Assembly: GCA_963789955.1 (NCBI GenBank)
Contig: CAWBMV010000022.1
Coordinates: 128,001 to 192,000 of the forward strand
Reading direction: 5' to 3'
DNA from: an uncultured Candidatus Rokubacteria bacterium
GTDB taxonomy: Bacteria; Methylomirabilota; Methylomirabilia; Rokubacteriales; CSP1-6
DNA length: 64,000 bases
The position numbers and the translations under genes are program-made. The notes under the pieces are model-generated. The model saw only the letters and a program-made list of their open reading frames with translations. It did no database searches and had not been told where the DNA came from. Of this stretch, positions 41,839-51,642 are shown one piece after another. Every line of letters starts with the position of its first letter. Positions within the stretch are counted from its first letter, which is position 1.

Positions 41839-43383
41839 ATGCGATTCCTCGCGGTCCACCCCGGCCCCCTGATGTACACGAAGATCTTTCTCCGCCTGGA
41901 GCCGCTCGGGCTCGAGCTGGTCGCCGCGGCCGTCCGCCACGCCGGTCACGAAGCGCGGCTCATCGACCTGCAGGCCGCGACACACAAGGATTACTTCAGG
42001 CTCGTCGACGACTGGCAGCCGGACGTCGTGGCGTTTTCGTGCAATTACCTGGCGAACGTTCCTGAAGTCGTCGATCTGGCCAAGCTGACTCGCGCTCGAC
42101 GTCCCGACACGTTCATCTTCGTCGGCGGCCACAGCGCGTCCTTCACGGCGCAGGAGCTGCTCGAGCACGCGGGCGGCGCCATCGATTGCATCCTCAAGGG
42201 CGAGGGCGAGGCGTCCGTCGCCGAGCTCCTCGAAGCCGTCGAGCACGACCGGCGAGCGATCGCCCAGGTGCCCGGCGTCGTCAGCCTCGACGGAGAGGGG
42301 CCGCCTCCCCGCCTGGTCGAGAACCTCGATGCGCTCGTCCCGGCCCGCGACCTCCTCAAGCGCCGGCGGAAGTACTTCCTGGGCACGCTCGATCCCTGCG
42401 CCTCGATCGAGTTCGCCCGCGGCTGTCCGTGGGACTGTTCTTTCTGCAGCGCGTGGACGTTCTACGGACGGAGCTACCGCGTGATCAGTCCCGAGCGGGC
42501 AGTGGAAGATCTGGCCTCGATCCGGGAGCCCGGCGTCTTCATCGTGGACGACGTGGCGTTCGTGCAGGCCAAGCACGGTTTCGAGATCGGCGAGGCCATC
42601 GCGCGCCGTGGGATTCGCAAGCAGTACTACCTCGAGACGCGCGGCGACGTGCTGCTCCGCAACAAGGACGTGTTCAAGATGTGGACGCGTCTGGGCCTGC
42701 AGTACATGTTCCTCGGACTGGAGGCGATCGACGAGGAGGGGCTGCGCAAGTACCGCAAGCGGATCTCGCTCGGCCACGCCTTCGAGGCGCTCGAGTTCGC
42801 GCGCTCGCTCGGCATCCAGGTGGCCATCAACCTGATCGCCGATCCCGACTGGGACCGCGAGCGTTTCGCCGTGGTCCGCCAATGGTGCCTGGAGATTCCG
42901 GAGATCGTGAACATCTCCGTCAACACGCCGTATCCGGGCACCGAGACCTGGCGCACCGAGGCGCGCAGAATTCACTCGCGCGACTACCGACTCTACGACA
43001 TCCAGCACTCGGTGCTCCCGACGCGGCTGCCGCTCGCCGACTTCTACGAAGAGCTGGTCCGCACCCAGCGCGTGCTGGCGATGAAGCACATGGGGTGGAC
43101 GGCGTTCCGGGATCTGACGTCGATCGTGCTCGGCCATCTCGTGCGCGGGCAGACGAACTTCGTCCGGAGCCTCTGGAAGTTCGACCGTGTGTTCGATCCC
43201 AAGCTCCTGCTGGCCGATCATCACCGCCCAGTCTCCTATGAGATGAAGCTGCCGCCGCCCGTGCAGGAGAAGGTCGATCCACGGCTGCTCTACGTGCTGC
43301 AGGCGCCGGGCCGCAAGGGCCGCGCGATCGACGAGGCGACCGAGCAGTTCGTCGACGCCACGCGGATGGGAACGAGCGAATAG
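41839..43383 (+). CDS. hpnR: B12-binding radical SAM enzyme, hopanoid C-3 methylase-like
   Basis: VHPGPLMYTKIFLRLEPLGLE N-terminus, VGGHSAS, CPWDCSFCSAW, QYYLETRGD, TPYPGTE. Confidence 0.85.
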   Translation: MRFLAVHPGPLMYTKIFLRLEPLGLELVAAAVRHAGHEARLIDLQAATHKDYFRLVDDWQPDVVAFSCNYLANVPEVVDLAKLTRARRPDTFIFVGGHSASFTAQELLEHAGGAIDCILKGEGEASVAELLEAVEHDRRAIAQVPGVVSLDGEGPPPRLVENLDALVPARDLLKRRRKYFLGTLDPCASIEFARGCPWDCSFCSAWTFYGRSYRVISPERAVEDLASIREPGVFIVDDVAFVQAKHGFEIGEAIARRGIRKQYYLETRGDVLLRNKDVFKMWTRLGLQYMFLGLEAIDEEGLRKYRKRISLGHAFEALEFARSLGIQVAINLIADPDWDRERFAVVRQWCLEIPEIVNISVNTPYPGTETWRTEARRIHSRDYRLYDIQHSVLPTRLPLADFYEELVRTQRVLAMKHMGWTAFRDLTSIVLGHLVRGQTNFVRSLWKFDRVFDPKLLLADHHRPVSYEMKLPPPVQEKVDPRLLYVLQAPGRKGRAIDEATEQFVDATRMGTSE

Positions 43384-43441
43384 CGCCTAATGTTCTCCCC
43401 GGTGGAATCTGCTGAATCAAATCTGAGAAGGAGGCGGCATC

Positions 43442-43786
43442 GTGAGCGCTAAGCCGTGTGTGCTGGAGTTCGGGATGGGTGTCGACGTGCACGGGCGTGA
43501 CGCGACCAAGGCGGCGTGCCGCGCCGTGTCGGACGCGATCCGCCATTCGAGCCTGCCCCTGTTCCAGGAGGTCCGGGAGCGCGGCGGGCGCATGCTGGTG
43601 GACGTGACCATCGGCGTCCCTGACCCTGATTCGGTGAAGCTCGACGTGGTCCGGCAGGAGCTTCCGCACGGCGAGGTGACCGTCCATGCCGTCAACGGCG
43701 GGCTTCGCTCGCCGAGCTCCGACACCCTGATCGCCTGCGCCGCCATCACGGTGAGCGTCGAGTATCCCGCGGGCGCCTCGCGATGA
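43442..43786 (+). CDS. Lin0512 family protein
   Basis: EFGMGVDVHGRDATKAACRAVSDAIRHSSL. Confidence 0.85.
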   Translation: MSAKPCVLEFGMGVDVHGRDATKAACRAVSDAIRHSSLPLFQEVRERGGRMLVDVTIGVPDPDSVKLDVVRQELPHGEVTVHAVNGGLRSPSSDTLIACAAITVSVEYPAGASR

Positions 43787-44253
43787 GCGTCACCAGGACG
43801 GGCACCGGGCTCAAGCGGCTCCAGCACCTGGTCCTGTGGGTTGCAAATGTCGACCGCAGCGTGCGTTTCTACTGCGACGTGGTGGGCTTCGAGACCCAGC
43901 GGCGCTACCCGAACGCGGCGTTCTTGAAGATCCCGGGCACGCCCGACGATCACAACCTCGGCCTGTTCGAGCAGACGGGCGTGCCGCGCCCCGACGAGCG
44001 CGTGGCACGCATGTATCACTCGGCGTGGGAGGTCGAGGATCTCGCCGACCTTGCCCGAGCGCGTCAGCGCCTGATCGACGCCGGGGCTCTGGTCGGATCG
44101 TCGAATCACGGCGTGAGCCTGTCGCTCTACGCCAAGGATCCGGACGGCCTCGAGTTCGAGATCTTCTGGACGGTCCCTGGTGGGGTGTCCGCCCGCACCA
44201 CCGAGCTTGATCTCGAGGGCGAGCTCGCGCACCGAAGCCCAGCGATACCCTGA
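43783..44253 (+). CDS. VOC/glyoxalase family protein
   Basis: HLVLWV, HNLGLF, YHSAWEV, HGVSLSLYAKDPDGLEFE. Confidence 0.88.
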   Translation: MSVTRTGTGLKRLQHLVLWVANVDRSVRFYCDVVGFETQRRYPNAAFLKIPGTPDDHNLGLFEQTGVPRPDERVARMYHSAWEVEDLADLARARQRLIDAGALVGSSNHGVSLSLYAKDPDGLEFEIFWTVPGGVSARTTELDLEGELAHRSPAIP

Positions 44254-44260
44254 CGTGAGA

Positions 44261-44288
44261 GCCGGGGCGCCCCGAAGGGCGCCCCGGC
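44261..44288. terminator. GC-rich hairpin between convergent genes
   Basis: gccggggcgccc-cgaa-gggcgccccggc. Confidence 0.65.
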
Positions 44289-44302
44289 CGAACACCGAAC
44301 GG

Positions 44303-45646
44303 CTACAAAGAGCGCAGGAAGTTCAGCAAGTCCTGCGTGTCGTCGTCCCTGAGATTGTTGAAGTTGTCGATCACCTTGTTGGCCTCGGACGGCCCGAATC
44401 TCGAGTTGCCGCCGCTCTGGTGGGCCCGGATCGCTGTCACGAGGTCGGTCGTACGACCGTCGTGAAGGAAGAAGATCCGCTGGCCGAGGCCCCACAGCGG
44501 GGCAGTCCTGAACTCGTCGCCACGGGCTGCGCCCTGGAGGATGTCGTCGGCGAGCCCGGGCCCCATCTGGTGCAAGGCTATGTCGGAGAACAGATTCGCG
44601 TTCTGCTTGCTCAGGGCCGCCACCGTGGTGTTGTCGGGGGTCCTCAGCGTCGGGGTGTGGCAGAGGGCGCAGCCGACGTCGGTGAAGCGCTGCCGGCCCC
44701 TGGCGATCGAGAACGACGATGCGCCGTTGAAGCTCGTCACGGGAGTCGGCGGCGCCAGGAAGCGCTGGAAGTTGGCGAAGTTGATGATGGCGGGGATCGC
44801 GCGCACACTCGGTGTCACGTCGTTAGGAACCGTCGCGGTCTGGCAGCCCGGCGTCTCATCGCGCTCCTGCTGGAACGCTTCGTTGGTGATCCCCATCTCG
44901 ACGTTGTATGCCTCGCCCGAGAAGATCAGGAGCGATTTGTTCTGAGCCTTCCACCCGAACCGGGTGACGGTCCCGTCATTGCCGTTGCGGTTGACGCGCC
45001 CGCTGATCCCGAAATTCGCTTTGGTGGTCGAGTTGGAGCTCAGATTGGCGAGGATCGCGCTGTCGGTGATCTGCTCCATCAGCCCGGTGCCGAAGGTCGG
45101 CGTAGGAATGCGGAAGGCGATGTTGTTGTTGCGGACCTGCCTCTCGAAATCCTCCTGCTGAATGTTGCAGTTTGGCGCAGCCGTGTGCCCGGCGATCACG
45201 AAGAGGGCATGGACACCACCGTCGCGGGAACCGTCGGAATTGAACTGGAAGCGAGCCTCGCGAATGGGGCCGTTCGGCGTGATGAAGGACGGAATCCGGT
45301 TTCTTGCCCCGAAGCCGAGGGCTCCCACCACGTCGAATAGGGGATTCTGTGCCGGGCTCGTGCCACCGATGTCCGGCTGGGAATGACAGCCCCCGCACCC
45401 ATTGAAGTTGAACCGCGGGCCGAGGCCATCACCGACTTCTTCCACCTCGTTAAAGTCGGCCCGCCCATCCGTGAACATGTCCCGCTCGTCAGCGTTCAAG
45501 CCGGCGAGCATGCCACCTGCTCCCGCGGCGCCCCCCCGTACACCCGGGTCGCGGGGCCCTCGAAATTGCGCCGGCAGGTTCTGAGCCACTCCGAGCAACA
45601 CGATGGTTATCACCGCGAACAGGATCCGCACTCTCACTTTGCTCAT
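44303..45646 (-). CDS. Secreted di-heme oxidoreductase (DHOR) family protein
   Basis: Signal peptide; GLGPRFN, CGGCH, RFGWKAQ, CALCH, FRTAPLWGLG, LHDGR. Confidence 0.88.
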   Translation of the reverse strand: MSKVRVRILFAVITIVLLGVAQNLPAQFRGPRDPGVRGGAAGAGGMLAGLNADERDMFTDGRADFNEVEEVGDGLGPRFNFNGCGGCHSQPDIGGTSPAQNPLFDVVGALGFGARNRIPSFITPNGPIREARFQFNSDGSRDGGVHALFVIAGHTAAPNCNIQQEDFERQVRNNNIAFRIPTPTFGTGLMEQITDSAILANLSSNSTTKANFGISGRVNRNGNDGTVTRFGWKAQNKSLLIFSGEAYNVEMGITNEAFQQERDETPGCQTATVPNDVTPSVRAIPAIINFANFQRFLAPPTPVTSFNGASSFSIARGRQRFTDVGCALCHTPTLRTPDNTTVAALSKQNANLFSDIALHQMGPGLADDILQGAARGDEFRTAPLWGLGQRIFFLHDGRTTDLVTAIRAHQSGGNSRFGPSEANKVIDNFNNLRDDDTQDLLNFLRSL

Positions 45647-45704
45647 TGTTGCTCCTTGCGCAAAATGCACGGCTCGCACCCTTTGAAGAGCGGGCCAGAG
45701 CGAG

Positions 45705-45720
45705 CGCAAGCAGTGTGCCA
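45705..45720 (-). promoter_or_regulatory. Sigma54 -24/-12 promoter for the DHOR gene
   Basis: TGGCACACTGCTTGCG (GG-N10-GC), about 60 nt before the ATG. Confidence 0.75.
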
Positions 45721-46022
45721 GACCCTTCAATGTCCATAAGTACCGGAAATCCATACGATATCTGGAAATGTCTCAACATGAAGAGGTCTTTGGTTTCTCA
45801 AGCGTGCGACGGCAAAGACCGCGGATTCCCAGGTGAGAGAACCTTCAGGCCCGACCTTGTTCCAAGATGACGGGACAAGCTATTGTGGTAGAGTCGCGCC
45901 CGGCGGGGCTTCCGCACGGATGCGAATCGCGGTGGCTCCCTCGCCGCGCGGAGCGTGTCCGCCAGCGACCGGCAGTTTCGCAGCATCAGGGCTGCGTCAG
46001 GGTAATCAGAGGTGATCCGCGT

Positions 46023-47384
46023 ATGACCGCGTCGATACTCGTCGTCGACGACGAGCCCGCGATCCAGGACATCCTGACCTGGGCACTCTCGGCTGAGGGA
46101 TATCGGGTCGCCACGGCCGGAAACGGCGAGGAAGCGCTGGCCCGCGTCGAGGGAGAGGAATTCGACATCATCGTCACCGACATCGTGATGCCGGGGATCG
46201 ATGGTCTGGAAGTGCTCGAGCGGTCCCGCGTGCTCAACCCGCGCGCCGCCGTGATCGTGATGACCGCGTACGCCGCGCTGGAGACCGCGATCGCCGCGCT
46301 CCGCCGGGGCGCCAGCGACTATCTCGAGAAGCCGTTCTCGGTCGACCTCCTGAAGGAGCGGGTCCAGCGCCTGCTCCAGTATCGCGAAACGATCTGGAAG
46401 GACCGGCTCGTCCAGCGCGCGATGCAGCCGCGCGCGGTCGGGCACTCGCTGGTCGGCGAGAGCGATGCGATCCGCTCGCTCCGCGAGCAGATCGCACTCG
46501 CGGCCCGCACGCCGAGCAACGTGTTGATCACGGGCGAGAGCGGCGTGGGCAAGGAACTGGTCGCGCATGCCGTCCACGACGAAGGCGTGCGCCACGACGC
46601 CGCGTTCGTGGCGATCAACTGCGGCGCGATCCCGGAGGCCCTGCTCGAGAGCCAGCTGTTCGGCCACCTGCGCGGCGCGTTCACCACGGCGGTGCAGGCG
46701 AATCAAGGCCTGTTCGTCGCGGCGAGCCAGGGCACGCTGTTTCTCGACGAGATCGGCGAGATGCCGCTGCCGCTGCAGGTCAAGCTCCTGCGCGTCATCG
46801 AGGACAAGTGCGTCCTGCCGGTCGGGGGGACCAAGGCCGTGCCGGTGGACACGCGCATCATCGCCAGCACGAACCGTGATCTCGAGCGTGAAGTCGAGGC
46901 CGGGCGCTTCCGCGAGGATCTGTTCTACCGGCTCAACGTCGTGCACCTCGTCGTGCCGCCGCTGCGGGACCGGCGCGGCGACATCCCGGTCCTCGTCGAT
47001 CACCTGGTCGACCGGCTGAACACCAAGCTCGGCACGCACTGCCTCGGCGTCGAGCGCGATGCGCTGTGGTCGCTGATCGGCCGGCCGTGGAAGGGCAACG
47101 TGCGGGAGCTCGAGAACGTCCTCGAGCGGGCCATCGTCCTCGGCGGCAGCGATCTCATCTCGCTGCGCGACCTGTCCGCGGAGCCCGTGACCGGCCAGGG
47201 TTCACCGCCTCAGGATCTCCGTGGCGCGGTTCGTCGGTTCGAGCGCCAGCACCTGAAAGAGGTCCTGGCCACGACGCAGTCCGACAAGCGCAAGGCGGCC
47301 CGCATGCTGGGGATCAGCCTGGCCTCGCTCTACCGCAAGCTCCGCGGCGAGGAAGACGAGGCCCCGCCGGCGTTCTCGAAGTAG
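46023..47384 (+). CDS. NtrC-family sigma54-dependent response regulator
   Basis: [55 protein letters not shown]-terminal HTH. Confidence 0.95.
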   Translation: MTASILVVDDEPAIQDILTWALSAEGYRVATAGNGEEALARVEGEEFDIIVTDIVMPGIDGLEVLERSRVLNPRAAVIVMTAYAALETAIAALRRGASDYLEKPFSVDLLKERVQRLLQYRETIWKDRLVQRAMQPRAVGHSLVGESDAIRSLREQIALAARTPSNVLITGESGVGKELVAHAVHDEGVRHDAAFVAINCGAIPEALLESQLFGHLRGAFTTAVQANQGLFVAASQGTLFLDEIGEMPLPLQVKLLRVIEDKCVLPVGGTKAVPVDTRIIASTNRDLEREVEAGRFREDLFYRLNVVHLVVPPLRDRRGDIPVLVDHLVDRLNTKLGTHCLGVERDALWSLIGRPWKGNVRELENVLERAIVLGGSDLISLRDLSAEPVTGQGSPPQDLRGAVRRFERQHLKEVLATTQSDKRKAARMLGISLASLYRKLRGEEDEAPPAFSK

Positions 47385-47403
47385 CGAACGCGCGAATGAG
47401 GCG

Positions 47404-48261
47404 CTAGAGCGCGGACGCCGTCTTCAGACGGACCAGCACGTCCGCCTCGAAGTCGGTGAGGCTCTCGCCGAACGCGGCGTCGAAGTTCTTCCGGCGATCG
47501 CTCGCGCGCCTGAACGACGCGAAGTACGTCCGTATCGCCTCGAACCCTCGACGCTCGACCAGGTAGTCCGTCATGAGAAATGCGAGCTGGTAGACGGGAA
47601 TCGAGCCCTCCTGCAGATGCCAGGCGGTAAAGCCCCGCGGAGTTCCGCGCGCCTCGAGATCGAGCTTTCCCTGGAGCAGGGTCACGTGGCTGCGAATGCC
47701 GGTCATCGCCGCCTGCCGACGGTGCTCCAGGGTGTCCAGCCCGAGGTGCTCGAGCGTGGAGAACGCGACCCACTCGGCCACGCCTTCGGCGAGCCACTGC
47801 TCGCCGCGCCCCTCGCCGCCGGTGAGCTCGATCTGCGACACATGGGTGAGCTCGTGGGCGATCAAGCGTAGCCACTCGCGCTGCGTACGATCCGTCGGCT
47901 GGTCGTTGAGGAGCATCTGGCCGCGCGCGCCCACGCCGATGGCGAAATCGCTCAGCTGCGCGGCCTGCACCGGCGAGACCCGCGCATCTCGCATCAGCCC
48001 CTGCTCGAAGGCGCGGCGGCCACCGTAGACCAGCACGGTCACGCGGTCAGGAACCGGGAGCCCGAAGCTCTTTGCCATGATCGCGGCGATCCCGCGGACG
48101 GCGTCGTCGGTCGTGCGCAACGCGCGCGCATCGGTTGGCGCCGCCAGGGAGGGGTCGAGCTGCAACGGTACGACGACCCGACCGTCGGTGCCACCCGCGA
48201 GTACGGTGACGACACACAGCAGGCATGCCGTGATCACGACTCGACGCAGTACGAGCAGCAC
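47404..48261 (-). CDS. Secreted zinc metallopeptidase-like protein (peptidase MA-like)
   Basis: AHELTH and WLAEGVAE; SD AGGAG before the GTG; signal peptide. Confidence 0.75.
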   Translation of the reverse strand: MLLVLRRVVITACLLCVVTVLAGGTDGRVVVPLQLDPSLAAPTDARALRTTDDAVRGIAAIMAKSFGLPVPDRVTVLVYGGRRAFEQGLMRDARVSPVQAAQLSDFAIGVGARGQMLLNDQPTDRTQREWLRLIAHELTHVSQIELTGGEGRGEQWLAEGVAEWVAFSTLEHLGLDTLEHRRQAAMTGIRSHVTLLQGKLDLEARGTPRGFTAWHLQEGSIPVYQLAFLMTDYLVERRGFEAIRTYFASFRRASDRRKNFDAAFGESLTDFEADVLVRLKTASAL

Positions 48262-48455
48262 GGTTCTCCTTCGAGGGAGAAGGATCGAGGGCGATTCCCT
48301 ACGTCGAGCGGATTGTGACACACCGTTGACGAACTGAAAAGATGCGCGGGCTGGTGCCGGAAGGGCGTCGCCAGCCTCGCGACCCGGACCGTCGCGAGGC
48401 TGGCGCTCGAAGGCGAGACTACCGGTTGGGCATCGCCGGCGTGCTCTTGGGAGCC

Positions 48456-48659
48456 TCACTGCCGGGAGCCGGGCTGCCGCTCGGCGGGGAGCCCATGGTG
48501 CCGCCGGTGTCTGGGTGAAGTCGGCGGCGCGGTAGGCGGCGAGGCCGACGGCGTCCGGTCGCGGGTCGGGTTCTCCCCGACGCGATTCGAATCGTTGCAC
48601 GCAGCCGTGAGCCCGGTCAGCAGTACGAGCGCACAAAGTCCAGATAGAACTTTTCTCAT
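48456..48659 (-). CDS. Small Pro/Ser-rich lipoprotein; 3' end uncertain
   Basis: Lipobox LTAAC; PSASP. Confidence 0.6.
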   Translation of the reverse strand: MRKVLSGLCALVLLTGLTAACNDSNRVGENPTRDRTPSASPPTAPPTSPRHRRHHGLPAERQPGSRQ

Positions 48660-48689
48660 GGTGTGCAGTCCCTCCGGGAAGGGGTGTCC

Positions 48690-49007
48690 CTATCCCTTGA
48701 TTTCGATCGACTTGGCGACCTTCTGGCCTGCCCTGTCTTCGTACTCGGCGGTGATCTGTGTTCCCGGCTTCAACTGGTCCTTCGCGACCTTGACCGTGCT
48801 CGGAATCGAGAGCTCGGTGCCGTCCTCGAGCGTCACCAAGCTGCCGCGGACGGACTTGATCCTGCCTTCCACCCTCTGGCCCATCCGATCGGACTTCTGG
48901 CCCATCTTGGGTTGGGCCGGATCGGTCTTCATCTGAGCATTCGTCACGGTCGTGCCGAACGTTGCCATCAGAAGCGCCGCGACTCCGACTGCCAGTACTC
49001 GCTTCAT
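48690..49007 (-). CDS. Small secreted OB-fold-like protein (DUF1344-like)
   Basis: Signal peptide; VEGRIKSV, VTLEDGTEL, LKPG; SD AGGAGG. Confidence 0.75.
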   Translation of the reverse strand: MKRVLAVGVAALLMATFGTTVTNAQMKTDPAQPKMGQKSDRMGQRVEGRIKSVRGSLVTLEDGTELSIPSTVKVAKDQLKPGTQITAEYEDRAGQKVAKSIEIKG

Positions 49008-49063
49008 CGAGCCCTCCTGATCATCGCGCCCTCCTTTTGAGTGGGGAGATCAGAGGCAAGTCG

Positions 49064-49079
49064 AGCAAGGCCAGTGCCA
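49064..49079 (-). promoter_or_regulatory. Sigma54 -24/-12 promoter
   Basis: TGGCACTGGCCTTGCT (GG-N10-GC). Confidence 0.75.
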
Positions 49080-49332
49080 CGCGACTCGCGTCGAATGAAG
49101 GCAGCGTGGACTGTGTAGCCGTTACATGACGGCGTCGCCCAACCCAGGAGAGCCCTGGCGATTTCGATGGGTGCTTTCCTGCAACGCGGCCGCTGGAAGG
49201 CACCGAGTAGAGATGACCGGCGTGTAGAACTTTCGACGAACGGCGTGTAGAAATTGCCGCGGTCTCGCCGCCACGCGCGTCTTCAGGTACTCACCACGCT
49301 GGAAATCCTCGACTGACCCGCGAGTACGGCTC

Positions 49333-49348
49333 TGGCACGGACTTAGCA
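49333..49348 (+). promoter_or_regulatory. Sigma54 -24/-12 promoter
   Basis: TGGCACGGACTTAGCA (GG-N10-GC), 24 nt before ATG 49373. Confidence 0.7.
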
Positions 49349-49372
49349 CCCATTTCGTGTGGAGGTGAAAGG

Positions 49373-49876
49373 ATGAAGACGATCAAGGGAACGCGTGCGG
49401 CTCTGATCACCTCTGCGCTCACACTCATGGCATCGCCCGCGAGGGCTTGGGCTCAGAGCGTGGTCGCACCTCAGGTGCCCACCAATGCCACCAGCGATGC
49501 GACTCAGTCGGGCGCGGTGACGACGGTCGTGGTGGTCGGTTCGCTGCTGGCCGTCCTGGTAGTGCTCGGAGCTCTCATCAAGATCCTCGACCTCAAGCGC
49601 AAGCGGGACGGCGAAGCCGTCGTCGTGCAGGCGCGAATCTCGGACGCGGTGCTGCGTGACCCCAGGCTGTTCAGTCTGCCGATCACGCCGACGGCGCACG
49701 TGCCGCTGTGGAAGGGCACGCCGGTGACCGTCGAGGTGGCCGGTCAGGTTCCGTCCGAAGATCTTCGCGAGGCGGCGATCAGCCTCGTCGAGCGCGAAGC
49801 CTCGCAGCTGGGTCCAGAGGTCCACGTCGAGTCGAGGATCGGGATCGTGCCCACCATGGCTCGGCGGTCGGCGTGA
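49373..49876 (+). CDS. Hypothetical membrane protein
   Basis: Signal peptide, one TM segment and a small soluble domain; SD GGAGG. Confidence 0.7.
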   Translation: MKTIKGTRAALITSALTLMASPARAWAQSVVAPQVPTNATSDATQSGAVTTVVVVGSLLAVLVVLGALIKILDLKRKRDGEAVVVQARISDAVLRDPRLFSLPITPTAHVPLWKGTPVTVEVAGQVPSEDLREAAISLVEREASQLGPEVHVESRIGIVPTMARRSA

Positions 49877-50130
49877 TGGTCGGGCGGCCCCCCGCGGAGC
49901 GGAGACCGGCGTTGCCGACGATGCCTCTCGCCGACGTCGAGGGGGTCGCCCAACTCTGTCGTTGCGCGGGCGATACTCCGGCGGCTCAGTTCGGTTGCCT
50001 CGACTGCGGCGCGCCCTGCTGCTCGGCCTGCGCGGTTCCGCTGGAATCGGTCGCCTACTGCCGTCGTTGCGCGACGGAGCTACTGGGCGCGACCGCGATG
50101 CCGAAGTCCGTATCGTTCGAGCTCTACTGA
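49876..50130 (+). CDS. Small Cys-rich putative zinc-finger protein
   Basis: CRC, CLDCGAPCCSAC, YCRRC; TGATG overlap with the upstream gene. Confidence 0.65.
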   Translation: MVGRPPAERRPALPTMPLADVEGVAQLCRCAGDTPAAQFGCLDCGAPCCSACAVPLESVAYCRRCATELLGATAMPKSVSFELY

Positions 50131-50205
50131 ACCGGCGTCGAGAAACCCGATGACCGCCGAAGACCATCGGACGTTGGTCGAGGCGGAGAGGAGCGAGCGG
50201 ATCAG

Positions 50206-50561
50206 ATGCAAACCATGTGGAGCGCGTCACTGTGGAGCTCGACGATGATCGGTGTGCGGGGTGACGGCGGCCTCACTCCGCGGCGGCGGTCGGACGCGAC
50301 CGCGCCTGCTGCGGGCGGGAGCGCGCCCGCGCGGGACGCCCAGGCGCAGCGGCCTCCGTTCGTGCGCGAGGCCCAGCGCGCGCTTCGGGACCTCGGATAT
50401 CACCCCGGCCCGATCGATGGGATGTTCGGTCCGAGATGCGGATGGCGCTGGAGAAGTATCAGCTCGCCGAGAAGCTGCCCGTCACCGGTCAGCTCGACGC
50501 GGAGACGATGGAGCGACTGGACGTCTACAAACGCCTGTTCAGCCCGGACCGCGCGCGGTAG
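50206..50561 (+). CDS. Peptidoglycan-binding domain protein; frame break near 50435
   Basis: VREAQRALRDLGYHPGPIDGMFGP followed in another frame by ALEKYQLAEKLPVTGQLD. Confidence 0.7.
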
Positions 50562-50641
50562 TACGTCGACGGCCGCCCAAGCGACCGCCTGCCTGGTGCA
50601 ACGATGGCCCCTGCCGTACAATGCTCCTACTGGAGGGCACC

Positions 50642-51251
50642 ATGGCCAACGACCGTCGCGCCCGTCCCGCCGCAGGCTCTGCCGCCGCGCGGCATCAACC
50701 ACATGGTCCTCAACGTGCGCAACCTCGAGGTGTCGCACAAGTTCTGGACCGAGATCATCGGGTTCCACTGCGTAGCCGAGCTCAAGCCGATTCCAGGACG
50801 TCAGCGCCCCAAGATGCGCTTCTATAGCGGTCTCGACGCCAAGGGCGACGTGACTCACCACGACCTGGCGCTGGCCGAGGTTCAGCCGGGCAACAACGGC
50901 GGCGCGCCGGAGGAGTGGAACCTGATGTCGGGCCGGGTCGGGCTCAACCACGTCGCGATCGCGTGGCCGGACCGCGAGTCGTGGTTGAAGCAGCTGGCAT
51001 TTCTCCAGAGCAAGGGTGTGCCGTTCCTCCGGAGGGTCAACCACGGGATGACCCACAGCGTCTACATCGCCGACCCCGACGGACACGGCATCGAGGTCCT
51101 TTACGAGCTGCCGCGCGAGGTGTGGGAGGGCGATATCGACGGCGCGCAGAACTACGCCGAGATGCTCCCGACGGAAGGCCCCGAGTCGCTCGTCGATCGC
51201 ACGGCGAATCCCGTGTTCAGCGGGCAGGCGACTCCGGCCGCTCGAGCCTGA
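50642..51251 (+). CDS. VOC family protein; frame break just after the start
   Basis: GINHMVLNV, HHDLAL, GLNHVAI, HGMTHSVYIADPDGHGIE. Confidence 0.85.
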
Positions 51252-51312
51252 TCCCCGCAGCGCCTGACTTGATCGGCGCCGACCGCGCGCAGCCGGGCGC
51301 GGTCGCGCCGGA

Positions 51313-51622
51313 TCAGGTCGCTCTGGGCGTCGGCCACCCAAGCGATTCGCAGACGCCCCGCCCCATGATCCACTCCTGGTCGCCGGCGGATAACCACGGC
51401 AGCTCGTCGGTGAAGAACGTCACGGCCCGGCGCCATGTGCAAGGAAGCCGTGTCCAGTCTGTTCCCCAGAACATGCGCCGCGGACCAAACGTGTCGTACA
51501 CGCTCCGAATGTGCTGCTGGACGTCGCGACAGGGGTAGGCCTCGACCGAGTAGCAGGGCAGCGCGGAGGCCTTGACCGCGACGTTCGGGTGGCGCGCGAA
51601 TCTGGGCGTCGACGATCAGCAT
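51313..51622 (-). pseudogene. Amidohydrolase_2 family gene remnant with a large internal deletion
   Basis: N-terminal MLIVDAQI joined directly to C-terminal ARHPNVAVK...FGPRRMFWGTDW...WIMG. Confidence 0.7.
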
Positions 51623-51642
51623 CGCGTGAGCCTGCGGGTTGC

